Positions 1 through 9,088 of a stretch of DNA of 48,356 bases are shown here, one piece after another. Below the pieces are notes generated by a model. It was not told the origin of the DNA. It saw only the letters and a list, made by a program, of their open reading frames with translations, and did no database searches. Numbering within the stretch: position 1 is the stretch's first letter; every line of letters starts with the position of its first letter. Where the stretch lies: the NCBI GenBank assembly GCA_016927565.1, contig JAFGMK010000023.1, forward strand, positions 1-48,356, given 5' to 3'. Position numbers and translations under genes: made by a program. Origin of the DNA: Minisyncoccota bacterium (GTDB lineage Bacteria > Patescibacteriota > Microgenomatia > PFEM01 > JAFGMK01).

Positions 1-295
1 ATGGCGGAGTCGGAGTGGGCGTGTGAGGCGGTGTCGGTGTCGGTGTCGGGGTACATGGCGGAGTCGGAGTGGGCGTGACGAAACAGGCAGCGCTTCTTAA
101 TTCTTGCCGTTCTTTAGTTAAAAAGATTGCCGCAATCAGCGAACTGACAGTTAAAAAGAGACCCAGAGAAGCGGCGATTATCTTGGGGTTGGTTTTACCT
201 GAAACTGATTTTGAAAGTGGCTTTTCTCTGGCAATGATTATATCAGGTGTTGCCGGCGAATAGTCTTGTTTCTCAACCTGATTAATTTTTTTCAT
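1..295 (-). CDS. Partial (runs off the window) membrane-anchored surface protein with Pro/Thr-rich repeats
   Basis: Not in the ORF track because it is open at the window edge. ATG at 295 gives MKKINQVEKQ...KIIAASLGLFLTVSSLIAAIFLTKERQELRSAACFVTPTPTPPCTPTPTPTPPHTPTPTPP: one TM helix, then PT repeats. The 23-nt motif at 1-23 recurs at 55-77 (54-nt period). Confidence 0.8.
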   Translation of the reverse strand, partial: MKKINQVEKQDYSPATPDIIIAREKPLSKSVSGKTNPKIIAASLGLFLTVSSLIAAIFLTKERQELRSAACFVTPTPTPPCTPTPTPTPPHTPTPTPP

Positions 296-305
296 GCTAA
301 CTTTC

Positions 306-1736
306 TTAAAATAATTCCAGACCCAGTCCAAAAGTAATCATAATTACTCCTAAGGTAAAAACAAGCAGGGTGGGAATTAATACTCCGGGTTGCTGGGGAG
401 TGGTGGCAATTGGGGCGGGAGTAAAGTCCGGAGTGGGAGTAATTAGCGGACTGGTGGTTGGCCAAGGGGTGGGGCTGACTGAGACCGTTGACGTGGGTGT
501 TGTTAAGGGCGGCGGCGAAAGAGTTGGCGTCGGTGTCGGAGTAGGGGTGGCTGATGGTTTGGTTGTGGGACTCGGGCTCTCAGCGGGTGAGGCTGAGGGA
601 GAAGCAGTAAAAGCAGGCAAGTCGCTTTCTTCAGCAGCTAAAACAGTGAAAAGGTGGGAGATGAGACGTTTCTCTCCTTGTTTGTTAGTGTAAGTTAGGG
701 TAATTCGGTGCTCTCCGGTCGGCAGATTCTCCGGCGGGGCCCAGTGCCAATCGCCGGACTCGTTAGGGATAATTGTTCCTTCGTATTGAGGAGACTCGAC
801 TTTGATCACGATTTTCTCTCCCGCCGGTCCTTTACCAAAAAATTCCGGCTTTTCGGCAGTGATTGCTTCTCCTTCCTGGGGGTTAATAATGATTAAAGGA
901 TAAGTGTTATTTTTGACAGGAACTTCATCGACGGAAAAGCCGGAGATGGGATCGATTTCCTGGCCAATTACCGAACTTTTGCCGGCAGCCTGACGAAAAT
1001 CCAGGGATTGGCCGAGGGTAATTGGAGGAACCGGACTGTCATTGCCGGTGGTAAGAACGGCGCTGGCGGTTTGGTCAGGACTTTGAACAAGTATTTCGAT
1101 AGCGCTGGTTTCCGGGTGATAGGCAATGTAATTTGAAAGGTCTGAATTTCTGGCCAAATGCAAAGGGATAGTCCAATTGCCCGAAGAACTGACCAGAGAC
1201 GATTGAAGTGAAGAATTGGCCAGATTTAAATAAACAATCGCTTCTTTAGCAGGAGAGCCGTCCGGATTTAGGATAAGACCATATGAAAGATCATTGGGTG
1301 AGGAGGGATTGCCTATTTCAGGGGGGGTTTCAACTTGGTAGGGTCGGCCGTCATCATTGAATGTTTTTGAGCCGGAACGGATTTCGAAATAGTAAAGAGT
1401 TGAAGGCTCAAGGTTAGTTAGAGTAACGTAATGGGTTAAATACTGGCCCTCCTGATTGTTTTCAAAATCTCTTTCGTCAATTGATTCCAGGTTTAAAAGT
1501 TCCGGTTCCCGGCCAAATTTAATTGTTCCGGGTGCTTCAATAGGGGTAAGCCAAGAAACGGTAAAAGAGCTACTGTTGATGTTGCTGATTTTAATTTGGC
1601 CGGGAGTGACTTTAGACCTGGCTTTTAAAAGGATATTTTGACTTCTTTCAACTAAATAAATGCTGGTTATCAAACCAATGAAAATGATTGTAAAACCGAT
1701 AAAAGTGGGAATTTTCTTAATCCTTCTGGTCTTCAT
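306..1736 (-). CDS. Surface protein: N-terminal TM, fibronectin type III-like domain, Ig-like domain(s), Pro/Thr/Ser linker, C-terminal TM anchor
   Basis: FN3/purple-acid-phosphatase-N-like motifs (ISNINSSSFTVSWLT, HYVTLTNLEPSTLYYFEI), Ig-like motif (GDWHWAPPENLPTGEHRITLTY), PTPTP tract, then QQPGV and a hydrophobic C-terminus. Confidence 0.8.
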   Translation of the reverse strand: MKTRRIKKIPTFIGFTIIFIGLITSIYLVERSQNILLKARSKVTPGQIKISNINSSSFTVSWLTPIEAPGTIKFGREPELLNLESIDERDFENNQEGQYLTHYVTLTNLEPSTLYYFEIRSGSKTFNDDGRPYQVETPPEIGNPSSPNDLSYGLILNPDGSPAKEAIVYLNLANSSLQSSLVSSSGNWTIPLHLARNSDLSNYIAYHPETSAIEILVQSPDQTASAVLTTGNDSPVPPITLGQSLDFRQAAGKSSVIGQEIDPISGFSVDEVPVKNNTYPLIIINPQEGEAITAEKPEFFGKGPAGEKIVIKVESPQYEGTIIPNESGDWHWAPPENLPTGEHRITLTYTNKQGEKRLISHLFTVLAAEESDLPAFTASPSASPAESPSPTTKPSATPTPTPTPTLSPPPLTTPTSTVSVSPTPWPTTSPLITPTPDFTPAPIATTPQQPGVLIPTLLVFTLGVIMITFGLGLELF

Positions 1737-1797
1737 CTCTTTTTAGTCATTGTGACGATTTTGATAAATAAAGTCAATAGAATCTGGGCTTATAAAT

Positions 1798-2118
1798 TCA
1801 GAGCTCTGTTTCTTTAGGTGCTTCCTCCGCGGATCCCGTTCCCTCTTCGGCAGGGGGAATTTCTTCAGTTTCTTCGATTTTAAACTGAGGGATTTGGCTG
1901 ATGTCTGACAGGGGAATTTCTCTTCTCTGCTCCAATTTTTGAATAACGGTTGATTCGAACTTGGGATTAAGCGGAAGGAGTTGTTTTTTCACATCCGCGC
2001 TGAGCTCGCCCTTGCTGTAAGATCGGTAAATGTCGAAGCCTGCCCAGGTTAGAACGGTGATCAGAGTAAGAATGGCAAAGGTCAGGGTTTCTTGATTGAT
2101 TCTTTTTTTGCTTTTCAT
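1798..2118 (-). CDS. Small single-TM hypothetical protein in the pilP position downstream of pilO
   Basis: Basic N-terminus, one TM (FAILTLITVLTWAGF), acidic tail; 2 nt downstream of pilO. Confidence 0.7.
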   Translation of the reverse strand: MKSKKRINQETLTFAILTLITVLTWAGFDIYRSYSKGELSADVKKQLLPLNPKFESTVIQKLEQRREIPLSDISQIPQFKIEETEEIPPAEEGTGSAEEAPKETEL

Positions 2119-2120
2119 TT

Positions 2121-2759
2121 TTATGTCTTATCTTTGGTTGGGAGATAAAAAACTTCAATTTCTGTCCTGAGGCTGACTTCAGACAAGGCCTTGTCCTTTT
2201 TAGCAACCAGAACCAATTCTTTTAAAATCGTAGCCCGCCTCTGGTTTTCCAGTTCTTTAAGAAATTCTTTTAGGTTTTCATAAGAGCCTGAAAGAGAAAG
2301 TTTGACCGGAAAACCGGACGAAATGCCTTCTTTTTTTGAAAGAGAAACTTCTTTGCCCTTAACGGTGACTTGGCCGACTTGGACGGAGACGAGTTCGAGA
2401 TTTTTTTCCAAGGCTAACACCTCTATTTGACCTAAAAAAAGGGAAACTTGTGAGGATTGAGGAAGAGCTTCATCAATCAGGTAAAGTTTGGGTTTAAGGA
2501 TGAGGTATTCCTTTTGGGCTTCAGCCAGATCCTGAATTTTGTCCTCCAGCTTTTCGGCGACGATTTTTTGATCTTTTATTTCTCTGTTGAGAGAGGCAAT
2601 TGTTATTAGGGTTGGTCTGATAGCGAAGAAAGCAAAAAAAGCAACCACCAGCAAAGAAAGAGTGAGGGTGGTGTAATTTTTTATCTCTCCTGTTTGATAG
2701 GCTTTAGAAATTTTGGAGAGATAACCAGAATATTTCTGGGTTACGTTTTCAATATTCAT
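2121..2759 (-). CDS. pilO: Type IV pilus alignment protein PilO-like
   Basis: TM helix, coiled coil, ALP motif and GSYENLKEFLKELE..RR, typical of PilO; overlaps the pilN stop. Confidence 0.8.
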   Translation of the reverse strand: MNIENVTQKYSGYLSKISKAYQTGEIKNYTTLTLSLLVVAFFAFFAIRPTLITIASLNREIKDQKIVAEKLEDKIQDLAEAQKEYLILKPKLYLIDEALPQSSQVSLFLGQIEVLALEKNLELVSVQVGQVTVKGKEVSLSKKEGISSGFPVKLSLSGSYENLKEFLKELENQRRATILKELVLVAKKDKALSEVSLRTEIEVFYLPTKDKT

Positions 2760-3304
2760 GCTTTAATGGGATTTAGGCTAACTGTCAGTTCAAAATCAAT
2801 AGTAAGACTGCTGCCCTTAGAGATTCTGGTGACCTCGATTTCGCCAAAAAAATCTGATTTTTTAAGATTGTTAATCAAGACGGCCAGGCTTGATTCAGAG
2901 AGGGAAAACCCGTCAATGCTTAATTTGTCTTTGTCAATTTCAAGACTATTAAGAGTGATGTTGAGCGGAATTGATGAAGTTAATTCTAAAATAATTTGAG
3001 AAAACGAATTTTTCCCTTTTTCTATCTCTTTAAGAACCTTGAGCCGGTTTTGCGTCAGTCTGAATTCCTCTTCAAACTTTTCTGAAGATTTAACCCGGGC
3101 TTGTTTAATTTCAATTTCCTCATAGAGGTCGGAGAGGTCGCGATCAAGTTTGAAGCGCGAGATAAAAGCGATGATTACAATTAGTTCTGTGGTGATAACA
3201 ATATAGCGTCCGATAGTTAAAACCCATCTGACCACTCGGGCGATCGGTTTTCTTTCCCAGCCTTCCTGGGGAAGAAGGTTAATTTCTCTTTTTTGGGCAG
3301 CCAC
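2756..3304 (-). CDS. pilN: Type IV pilus alignment protein PilN-like
   Basis: N-terminal INLLP motif (PilM-binding signature of PilN), TM, coiled coil, ferredoxin-like C-terminal domain (IPLNITLNSLEI..LSIDG). Confidence 0.85.
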   Translation of the reverse strand: MAAQKREINLLPQEGWERKPIARVVRWVLTIGRYIVITTELIVIIAFISRFKLDRDLSDLYEEIEIKQARVKSSEKFEEEFRLTQNRLKVLKEIEKGKNSFSQIILELTSSIPLNITLNSLEIDKDKLSIDGFSLSESSLAVLINNLKKSDFFGEIEVTRISKGSSLTIDFELTVSLNPIKA

Positions 3305-3475
3305 AGTTTTAAAATTTCGTCCAGAGAATGAACTCGGCTAAAAGCCTGCCGGCTTTTGACTTAATCCTCCGGTTGAAAATAAGAAAGGTAAAGATTCCCA
3401 CCGACTTCTAATTTTAAGAATACAATAAAAAAGATAGGATTTGCAATAGAAGGCGGTGGCAGCAGAGGGCTGTTT

Positions 3476-3760
3476 TTAATTTTTTGGGGTTGGCGGCTTT
3501 TTCTTTTTGGGGTTTTTGAGGTTGATTTTGTTGGTTAATTTGGCTAACTTTGATTTCAGCCGGGCGGCTTTATTTTTGTGGATCAGATGTTTTTTAGCCA
3601 TTCGGTCCAAGGCCTTTTGGGCTTGAACTAAAGAGTTGCTGTCAAGTTTGTTTTTGGCTGTTTTTAAAACAGCTTTTGCTTGTTGGCGTCTGTTAAGGTT
3701 TATTTTGGTTCGCCGCCGGCTTTGGCGGAGAGCTTTTAGGGCGGATTTGGTGATTGGCAT
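3476..3760 (-). CDS. rpsT: 30S ribosomal protein S20
   Basis: MPITKSALKALRQS...LDRMAKKHLIHKNKAARLKSKL, the bS20 signature. Confidence 0.97.
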   Translation of the reverse strand: MPITKSALKALRQSRRRTKINLNRRQQAKAVLKTAKNKLDSNSLVQAQKALDRMAKKHLIHKNKAARLKSKLAKLTNKINLKNPKKKKPPTPKN

Positions 3761-3805
3761 TTTTTCTTGCAGGCTAAGATCTAAAAAAGCTATAATTATT
3801 TGGCA

Positions 3806-3834
3806 ATTATAACTTATTGGGGTTAATTAAGCAA
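3806..3834 (-). promoter_or_regulatory. Sigma70-type promoter for rpsT
   Basis: Minus strand TTGCTT-17 nt-TATAAT. Confidence 0.6.
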
Positions 3835-3846
3835 ACTAAGTCTTTC

Positions 3847-3969
3847 GAGACTGTTGAATAACATCTTAGCTGCTCGTCATTCTGAGGCTAAAAGCCGAAG
3901 ATCCCCATTCGAAGGGGATGCTTCGCTACGCTCAGGATGACGATGCAAAAAACAACATTCAACACGCTC
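3847..3969 (+). mobile_element. MITE-like composite repeat, copy 1
   Basis: Ends GAGACTGTTGAATA / CATTCAACACGCTC (imperfect TIR); core GTCATTCTGAG..GAAG..GATGCTTCGCTACGCTCAGGATGAC; flanks GTCTTTC / GTCTTTT. Confidence 0.75.
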
Positions 3970-3993
3970 GTCTTTTTTAAGAAATAATGTCAA

Positions 3994-5685
3994 ATGAAAG
4001 ATTTTTTTAAAAATAATTCTCGAATTCTTCTCCGGCCGCAGAAAAGCATTTTTTCAGCGGCGACGATTATTATGCTGATGATGACCGTTTCCCGGGTTTT
4101 GGGTCTGATTCGCAACCGGATTCTGGCTCACTATTTTTCTGCTCAAACTTTATCAATTTATTTTGCTGCTTTTCGTTTACCGGAAATTGTTTTTGAGGTT
4201 TTGGTTTTGGGAACTTTGGCTTCAGCCTTTATTCCGGTTTTTACTTCTTACCTGAGCCGGGGCAGGCAAAAAGAAGCTTGGCGAGTAGCGGCCATGAGTT
4301 TTAATCTAATTGTTTTGGTCTTTATTGTCCTGGCCGGCTTGGTTTTAATTTTCACTCGACCTCTTTATCGGATGATTGTTCCCGGTTTTGCTCCGGCGGC
4401 GTTGGGAAAAACAGTTCTTTTGGCCCGGGTTTTAATTTTCGCTCAAGGCTTTTTTCTCCTGAGCTACTTTTCAACAGCAGTTCTCGAATCTTTGAAAAGA
4501 TTTCTGATTCCGGCAATCGCTCCGGTTTTTTATAATTTGGGGATTATTCTGGCAACTGTTTTTTTAGCCGAACACTTTCAAATTCTGGCTCCGGCAATCG
4601 GGGCGGTTTTTGGGGCGGTGATGCATTTTTTGATTCAGGCGCCGCTAACGGTTCATTTGGGTTTTAAACTCCAAAAAGGCCTAGATTTTTCCCATCCCGG
4701 AGTGAGAAAGATCAGCCGTTTGGCTTTTCCCCGGATAATCGAACTTTCTTTCTTGCAGGTTTTTAAAAGCATTGAGCTTTATTTGGCTTCAATGATTTCC
4801 GGGGCGGCTTACACCTACTTGACTTTTGCCAACAGCCTCCAGCTTTTTCCCGTCGGTCTTTTCGGGATCAGCTTGGCCAAGGCTTCCCTGCCGAGCCTTT
4901 CTTATCAGGCCAGCCGGCGAAATAAGTTTAGGGAGGTTTTTTTAAGCGCTTTTAATCAGATTCTTTTTTGGACCATTCCCTCTGCAATATTCTTGGCTGT
5001 TTTGAGAATTCCGATAGTGAGACTTTTTTTTGGTGCCTCCCGTTTTGACTGGCCGGCAACAGTTCAGACAAGTTTTGTTTTAAGCGCTTTTTGCTTGGGA
5101 ATTCCGGCCCAGGCGCTGATTTATCTTCTCAATCGGGCTTTCTATGCTTTCCATCAATCGGTAACTCCGATGTTGGTTTCGATTGGTGCTCTTGTTCTGG
5201 GAGCTTTTCTGGGAGCTGTTTTCGTTCTGATTTTTAATTGGCCGGTTTGGAGTTTGGCCTTGGCTTTTTCGCTGGCGCAGAATTTCCAATTTTCCCTTTT
5301 GGTCTTTTTGCTTTTCAAACACCGGAAGAATTTCGGCTTTTCTTTCTCGGATTTTTTCTCTCCTTTTGTTAAAATTTTTTCCTCAGCTTTTTTATCCGGA
5401 GGATTAATGTATTTCTGCCTTAAAATTCTGGATCGATCGGTTTCGGGTCAACGTTTTCTTTTCTTGCCGAAACTGGAGGTGGCTTTGGATACCCGTTACA
5501 CGATTAATTTAATTATGGTTACTTTGTTAACCGGCTTGCTGGGAGGGCTGGCCTATATTTTGCTGGCCTGGGTTTGGCGGATTAAAGAATTAATGATTCT
5601 TTTAAAATTTTTTGCCCGAATTGAAAAAATTAGCTTTTTTTCTCGCCGTTTCTGGAAAAAAAGAGAGTCGATTACGATGGACTAA
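3994..5685 (+). CDS. murJ: Lipid II flippase MurJ (MviN)
   Basis: SRVLGLIRNR, AFRLPE, SAFIPVF motifs; many TM helices. Confidence 0.93.
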   Translation: MKDFFKNNSRILLRPQKSIFSAATIIMLMMTVSRVLGLIRNRILAHYFSAQTLSIYFAAFRLPEIVFEVLVLGTLASAFIPVFTSYLSRGRQKEAWRVAAMSFNLIVLVFIVLAGLVLIFTRPLYRMIVPGFAPAALGKTVLLARVLIFAQGFFLLSYFSTAVLESLKRFLIPAIAPVFYNLGIILATVFLAEHFQILAPAIGAVFGAVMHFLIQAPLTVHLGFKLQKGLDFSHPGVRKISRLAFPRIIELSFLQVFKSIELYLASMISGAAYTYLTFANSLQLFPVGLFGISLAKASLPSLSYQASRRNKFREVFLSAFNQILFWTIPSAIFLAVLRIPIVRLFFGASRFDWPATVQTSFVLSAFCLGIPAQALIYLLNRAFYAFHQSVTPMLVSIGALVLGAFLGAVFVLIFNWPVWSLALAFSLAQNFQFSLLVFLLFKHRKNFGFSFSDFFSPFVKIFSSAFLSGGLMYFCLKILDRSVSGQRFLFLPKLEVALDTRYTINLIMVTLLTGLLGGLAYILLAWVWRIKELMILLKFFARIEKISFFSRRFWKKRESITMD

Positions 5686-5717
5686 TCCTCCTGAGTTTTG
5701 ATTCTTTTAGAAAAAAG

Positions 5718-7529
5718 ATGACAAAAAACATCAGAAATTTTTGCATTATTGCTCATATAAACCATGGTAAATCTACCCTGGCTGACCGTCTTTTGGAACT
5801 GACGGGAACGGTTGCGCCGGAAAAAATGCGCTCCCAGTTCTTGGCTTCTCACCCGATTGAGCGGGAGCGGGGAATTACTATTCGCCTGGCTCCGGTTAAG
5901 ATGAACTATGCTGTAAATTCCCGTACTTATATCCTGAATCTGATTGACACTCCGGGACACGTTGATTTTTCTTATGAGGTTTCCCGTTCTCTGGCAGCTT
6001 GCGAAGGAGCGATCCTGGTAGTGGATGCCGTTTCCGGAGTTCAGGCTCAAACAGTCGCCAATTTAAGTTTGGCAAGAAAACAGAATTTGGCGATTATTCC
6101 CGTAATCAATAAGATTGATATCGAGGCGGCTCAGCCTGAGGAGGTTGCCTCGGAATTGGCAGGCGCCTTTGGTTTTTCCGAGAAAGAGATTTTATTTGTT
6201 TCAGCCAAAACCGGAGAGAATACCGGAGCAATTCTGGAGGCGGTAATTAAAAAGATTCCGCCTCCCTCAGGATCAACGACTAATGCTTTTCAGGGTCTGG
6301 TTTTTAACTCTACTTATGACTCTCATAAAGGAGTAATTGCCTGGGTGAGAATTAAACAGGGTAAATTGTCATTGCTGGGGCAGAATAGAAAAGAGACCAG
6401 AGTAAAGTTCTTGGCTACCGGAGTCCAAGGAGTAGTGGGAGAGCTTGGTTTTTTTACGCCTCAAATGAGCCGGGGTGATTCTTTGGATTGCGGTGATGTT
6501 GGCTATCTTTGCGCCGGAATTAAGGATTTGGCTTTGTGCCGGGTAGGCGATACGGTCGTTTCGGCCGATCAATCCGGGGTTGGAGTGTTAACCGGCTATC
6601 AGCCGGCCAGGCCGACTGTTTTTACCAGTTTTTATCCGACTGAGAACCAGGATTTTTATCTTTTAAAAGAGTCGCTTGAAAAGTTGAAACTTTCCGATAG
6701 CGCCTTAACCTTCTCGCCCGAATCATCACAAGGTTTGGGCAAGGGCTTCCGGATTGGTTTTTTGGGTTTGCTTCATGCCGAAGTGGTAGCGGATCGTCTG
6801 CGGCGCGACTTTGAGATTGACCTGGTAATGACGGCGCCGATGGTTTCTTACCAGGTCAGAAAAAGAAACGATGAGATTGTAAGAGTCAATCGTCCGGCTG
6901 ATTTCCCGGCGGCAAATCAAATCAGCGAGGTTTTAGAGCCGATTGTCAGCTTGAAGATTTTTTCGCCGTTTCAGTATGTGACCGGCCTGATTTCTTTGGT
7001 TAAGGAAAAAAGAGGGTCTTTGATTAAACAGGATTATTTTGGCCGGCAGGCAAGCTTAGTTTTTCAATTGCCTTTGGCAGAAATGATTGCCGATCTTTAT
7101 GATCGGGTTAAAAGCCTGTCCTCCGGTTTTGCTTCTTTTGATTGGGAGCTGGTTGGTTATGAGCCGGTTCGGGCAGTTAAATTGGAGGTTTTCCTTAATC
7201 AGCAGCCGGTGGACGCTTTTTCTCAAATTGTGCCTCAAAATCAGGCCCAAAACAAAGGCCGGAGGATTGTGGAAAAATTGAGAAAACTTATTCCCCGCCA
7301 GCAGTATGAAGTCATTATCCGAGCTCAAGTGGGGACGCGGGTAATAGCTCGGGAGACTTTAAAGCCTTTCCGTAAAGATGTAACGGCTAAGCTATACGGC
7401 GGTGATCAAACCCGGAAGGATAAGCTTTTGGGTAAACAGAAGAAGGGTAAAAAAAAGCTGAAGATGGTGGGTCGGGTTTCAATTCCTCAGGAAGTTTTCT
7501 GGCAGGCCCTGGGTGGGAGGGAAAACTAG
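5718..7529 (+). CDS. lepA: Elongation factor 4 (LepA)
   Basis: IRNFCIIAH(I/N)HGKSTLADR, ERERGITI, DTPGHVDFSYEVSRSL, RKDVTAKLYGGD. Confidence 0.97.
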   Translation: MTKNIRNFCIIAHINHGKSTLADRLLELTGTVAPEKMRSQFLASHPIERERGITIRLAPVKMNYAVNSRTYILNLIDTPGHVDFSYEVSRSLAACEGAILVVDAVSGVQAQTVANLSLARKQNLAIIPVINKIDIEAAQPEEVASELAGAFGFSEKEILFVSAKTGENTGAILEAVIKKIPPPSGSTTNAFQGLVFNSTYDSHKGVIAWVRIKQGKLSLLGQNRKETRVKFLATGVQGVVGELGFFTPQMSRGDSLDCGDVGYLCAGIKDLALCRVGDTVVSADQSGVGVLTGYQPARPTVFTSFYPTENQDFYLLKESLEKLKLSDSALTFSPESSQGLGKGFRIGFLGLLHAEVVADRLRRDFEIDLVMTAPMVSYQVRKRNDEIVRVNRPADFPAANQISEVLEPIVSLKIFSPFQYVTGLISLVKEKRGSLIKQDYFGRQASLVFQLPLAEMIADLYDRVKSLSSGFASFDWELVGYEPVRAVKLEVFLNQQPVDAFSQIVPQNQAQNKGRRIVEKLRKLIPRQQYEVIIRAQVGTRVIARETLKPFRKDVTAKLYGGDQTRKDKLLGKQKKGKKKLKMVGRVSIPQEVFWQALGGREN

Positions 7530-7803
7530 GGTTTCAGAGTTCAGTTTGAGGAGCGGGGTTTGCCTGCTTCCTGCTTTTGTCTATTTCAAAAATATAAGCA
7601 TGCTGTCAAGCTTCTCGGGGTTGGGAATGGGTTGTTCGCTGGCTCGGGAAAAGTTTTTGCCATTGGGATTGGTAAAAATACCCTTTTGCGTTAATTTTTT
7701 CTTTTTGTAAGAAAGGCGGGTCTGCTTCTTAGTTTTTTTATCGGAACCGACTTAAAACTTTCTTTCCTTTTTTAGCTGATTAGCGCCAGGAGGCCAATAA
7801 TTT

Positions 7804-8073
7804 TTAACTTGTCAAAAACTTCATAAAAAAGACATAAAGACTGAAGATCCCTAAAAAAACTCCAGCGGCCCGGATAATCAGCGCTCCCGCATCAGTCGAG
7901 GTCATGGCTAAAAGAGCCCGGCCGAGAGTTTTTAGAAGCTGGTTGGTTTTTGATTCAATCTTAGCCAAATAAATTTTGGAATAAAACTCCTGGATGACAT
8001 CAGGTTTAAAGATAAGCAGGAGAGAAACAGGCAGAAGGATAATAAAACTAAAAAAATAAATAGCCCTGAACAT
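7804..8073 (-). CDS. Small two-TM hypothetical membrane protein
   Basis: 89 aa with two hydrophobic segments; TGnTAAGAT -10 element 9 nt before the ATG. Confidence 0.6.
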   Translation of the reverse strand: MFRAIYFFSFIILLPVSLLLIFKPDVIQEFYSKIYLAKIESKTNQLLKTLGRALLAMTSTDAGALIIRAAGVFLGIFSLYVFFMKFLTS

Positions 8074-8132
8074 TGTCTTGTTATCTTAACAGATTTTTTG
8101 GGATTAAAGCAAGATCGATTTCTCCGAGACTC

Positions 8133-8281
8133 AAGATTATTGAATAACGTCTTGGTCCATTGTCATTCTGACCCCGCCCCGTCATTCAGAAGCCGAAGGC
8201 CGGAAGAATCCCTTCGGGTTCAAGCCGGGGATCCTTCGCTTGTCTCAGGTGGCGGCGGGAAAATTTTTATTCACCAGACTC
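8133..8281 (+). mobile_element. MITE-like composite repeat, copy 2 (degenerate, internal GTCATTC duplicated)
   Basis: AAGATTATTGAATAA...TGTCATTCTGA..GTCATTCAGAAGCCGAAGGCCGGAAGAATCCC..GGGATCCTTCGCTTGTCTCAGG...TATTCACCAGACTC. Confidence 0.6.
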
Positions 8282-8291
8282 ATTCCCCCGC

Positions 8292-8328
8292 TTGACATTT
8301 TTTAGCAGTCGTGATAGATTACTGCTAG
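8292..8328 (+). promoter_or_regulatory. hrcA operon promoter with overlapping CIRCE-like operator
   Basis: TTGACA (8292), 17 nt, TAGATT with extended TG; TTAGCAGTC-N9-TACTGCTAG at 8302-8328 versus the CIRCE consensus TTAGCACTC-N9-GAGTGCTAA; SD AAGGAGG at 8334. Confidence 0.85.
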
Positions 8329-8345
8329 CTTAAAAGGAGGTAAAA

Positions 8346-9074
8346 ATGGCCGAATTAACTGATCGACAGAGAATAATTTTGAAATCTATTGTCGAGGAAT
8401 ATGTGGCTACGGCTGAGCCTGTAGGCAGCGAATCTCTGGAGAAAAAGTATTCTTTTGGCATTTCGCCGGCGACAGTCCGTCATGAGATGGTTGAGTTAAC
8501 CAGGGAAGGTTATCTTAAACAGCCTCACACTTCGGCCGGTCGAGTGCCGACGCCGGCCGGTTTGAAGCTTTACATTGACCAGCTGATGGAAGAAAGGAAG
8601 ATGTCGGTTACCGAGGAGGTGACCGCCAAGGAAAAAATTTGGGACTGGCGGCATGATTTTTCCCGGTTGGTTCGGGAGGCGACTAAGTCGCTGGCGTCTC
8701 AAACCGGCTATTTAGCGGTTTCGGCAACGGGGGAGGGTGATGTTTATCACGCCGGCCATTCTTATATCCTAGATCTGCCTGAATTTTTTGATATTGATGT
8801 GACTAAAACTGTTTTGGGGATGCTGGATCAAATTGAGATTTTGCGTTCTTTATTTGCCAAGTCCTATTCCGACGATCCGATTAAAGTCCTTTTGGGAGAA
8901 GATCTGGGTTATGAATATCTAGAGCCTTGCGGGTTGGTTTTTACAAAATTTGAGACTCCTCGTCATAAAGGCTCCCTCGGAATTCTTGGTCCCAATCGGT
9001 TTGACTTTGCCCGAGTAATTCCGATTGTCAGATATCACGGTGAATTGATTAGCGAAATTTTAAAAGATTGGTAA
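8346..9074 (+). CDS. hrcA: Heat-inducible transcription repressor HrcA (short form)
   Basis: LTDRQRIILKSIVEEY..EPVGS, SPATVRHEM, QPHTSAGRVPT, GILGP. Confidence 0.95.
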   Translation: MAELTDRQRIILKSIVEEYVATAEPVGSESLEKKYSFGISPATVRHEMVELTREGYLKQPHTSAGRVPTPAGLKLYIDQLMEERKMSVTEEVTAKEKIWDWRHDFSRLVREATKSLASQTGYLAVSATGEGDVYHAGHSYILDLPEFFDIDVTKTVLGMLDQIEILRSLFAKSYSDDPIKVLLGEDLGYEYLEPCGLVFTKFETPRHKGSLGILGPNRFDFARVIPIVRYHGELISEILKDW

Positions 9075-9088
9075 GACTTGGAGGGCAA

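Noticed and set aside
69-896. Plus-strand ORFs such as the Gly/Val-rich 370-693
   Set aside because: Antisense shadows of Pro/Thr-rich minus-strand genes.
3305-3420. Riboswitch in the pilN leader (AAAAGCC..GGCTTTT hairpin)
   Set aside because: Only a single short hairpin, with no recognisable aptamer consensus.
7513-7710. 65-aa ORF after lepA
   Set aside because: No SD, overlaps the lepA end and has no recognisable features.
8098-8295. 65-aa ORF before hrcA
   Set aside because: Spans the MITE-like repeat copy 2; a chance open frame.
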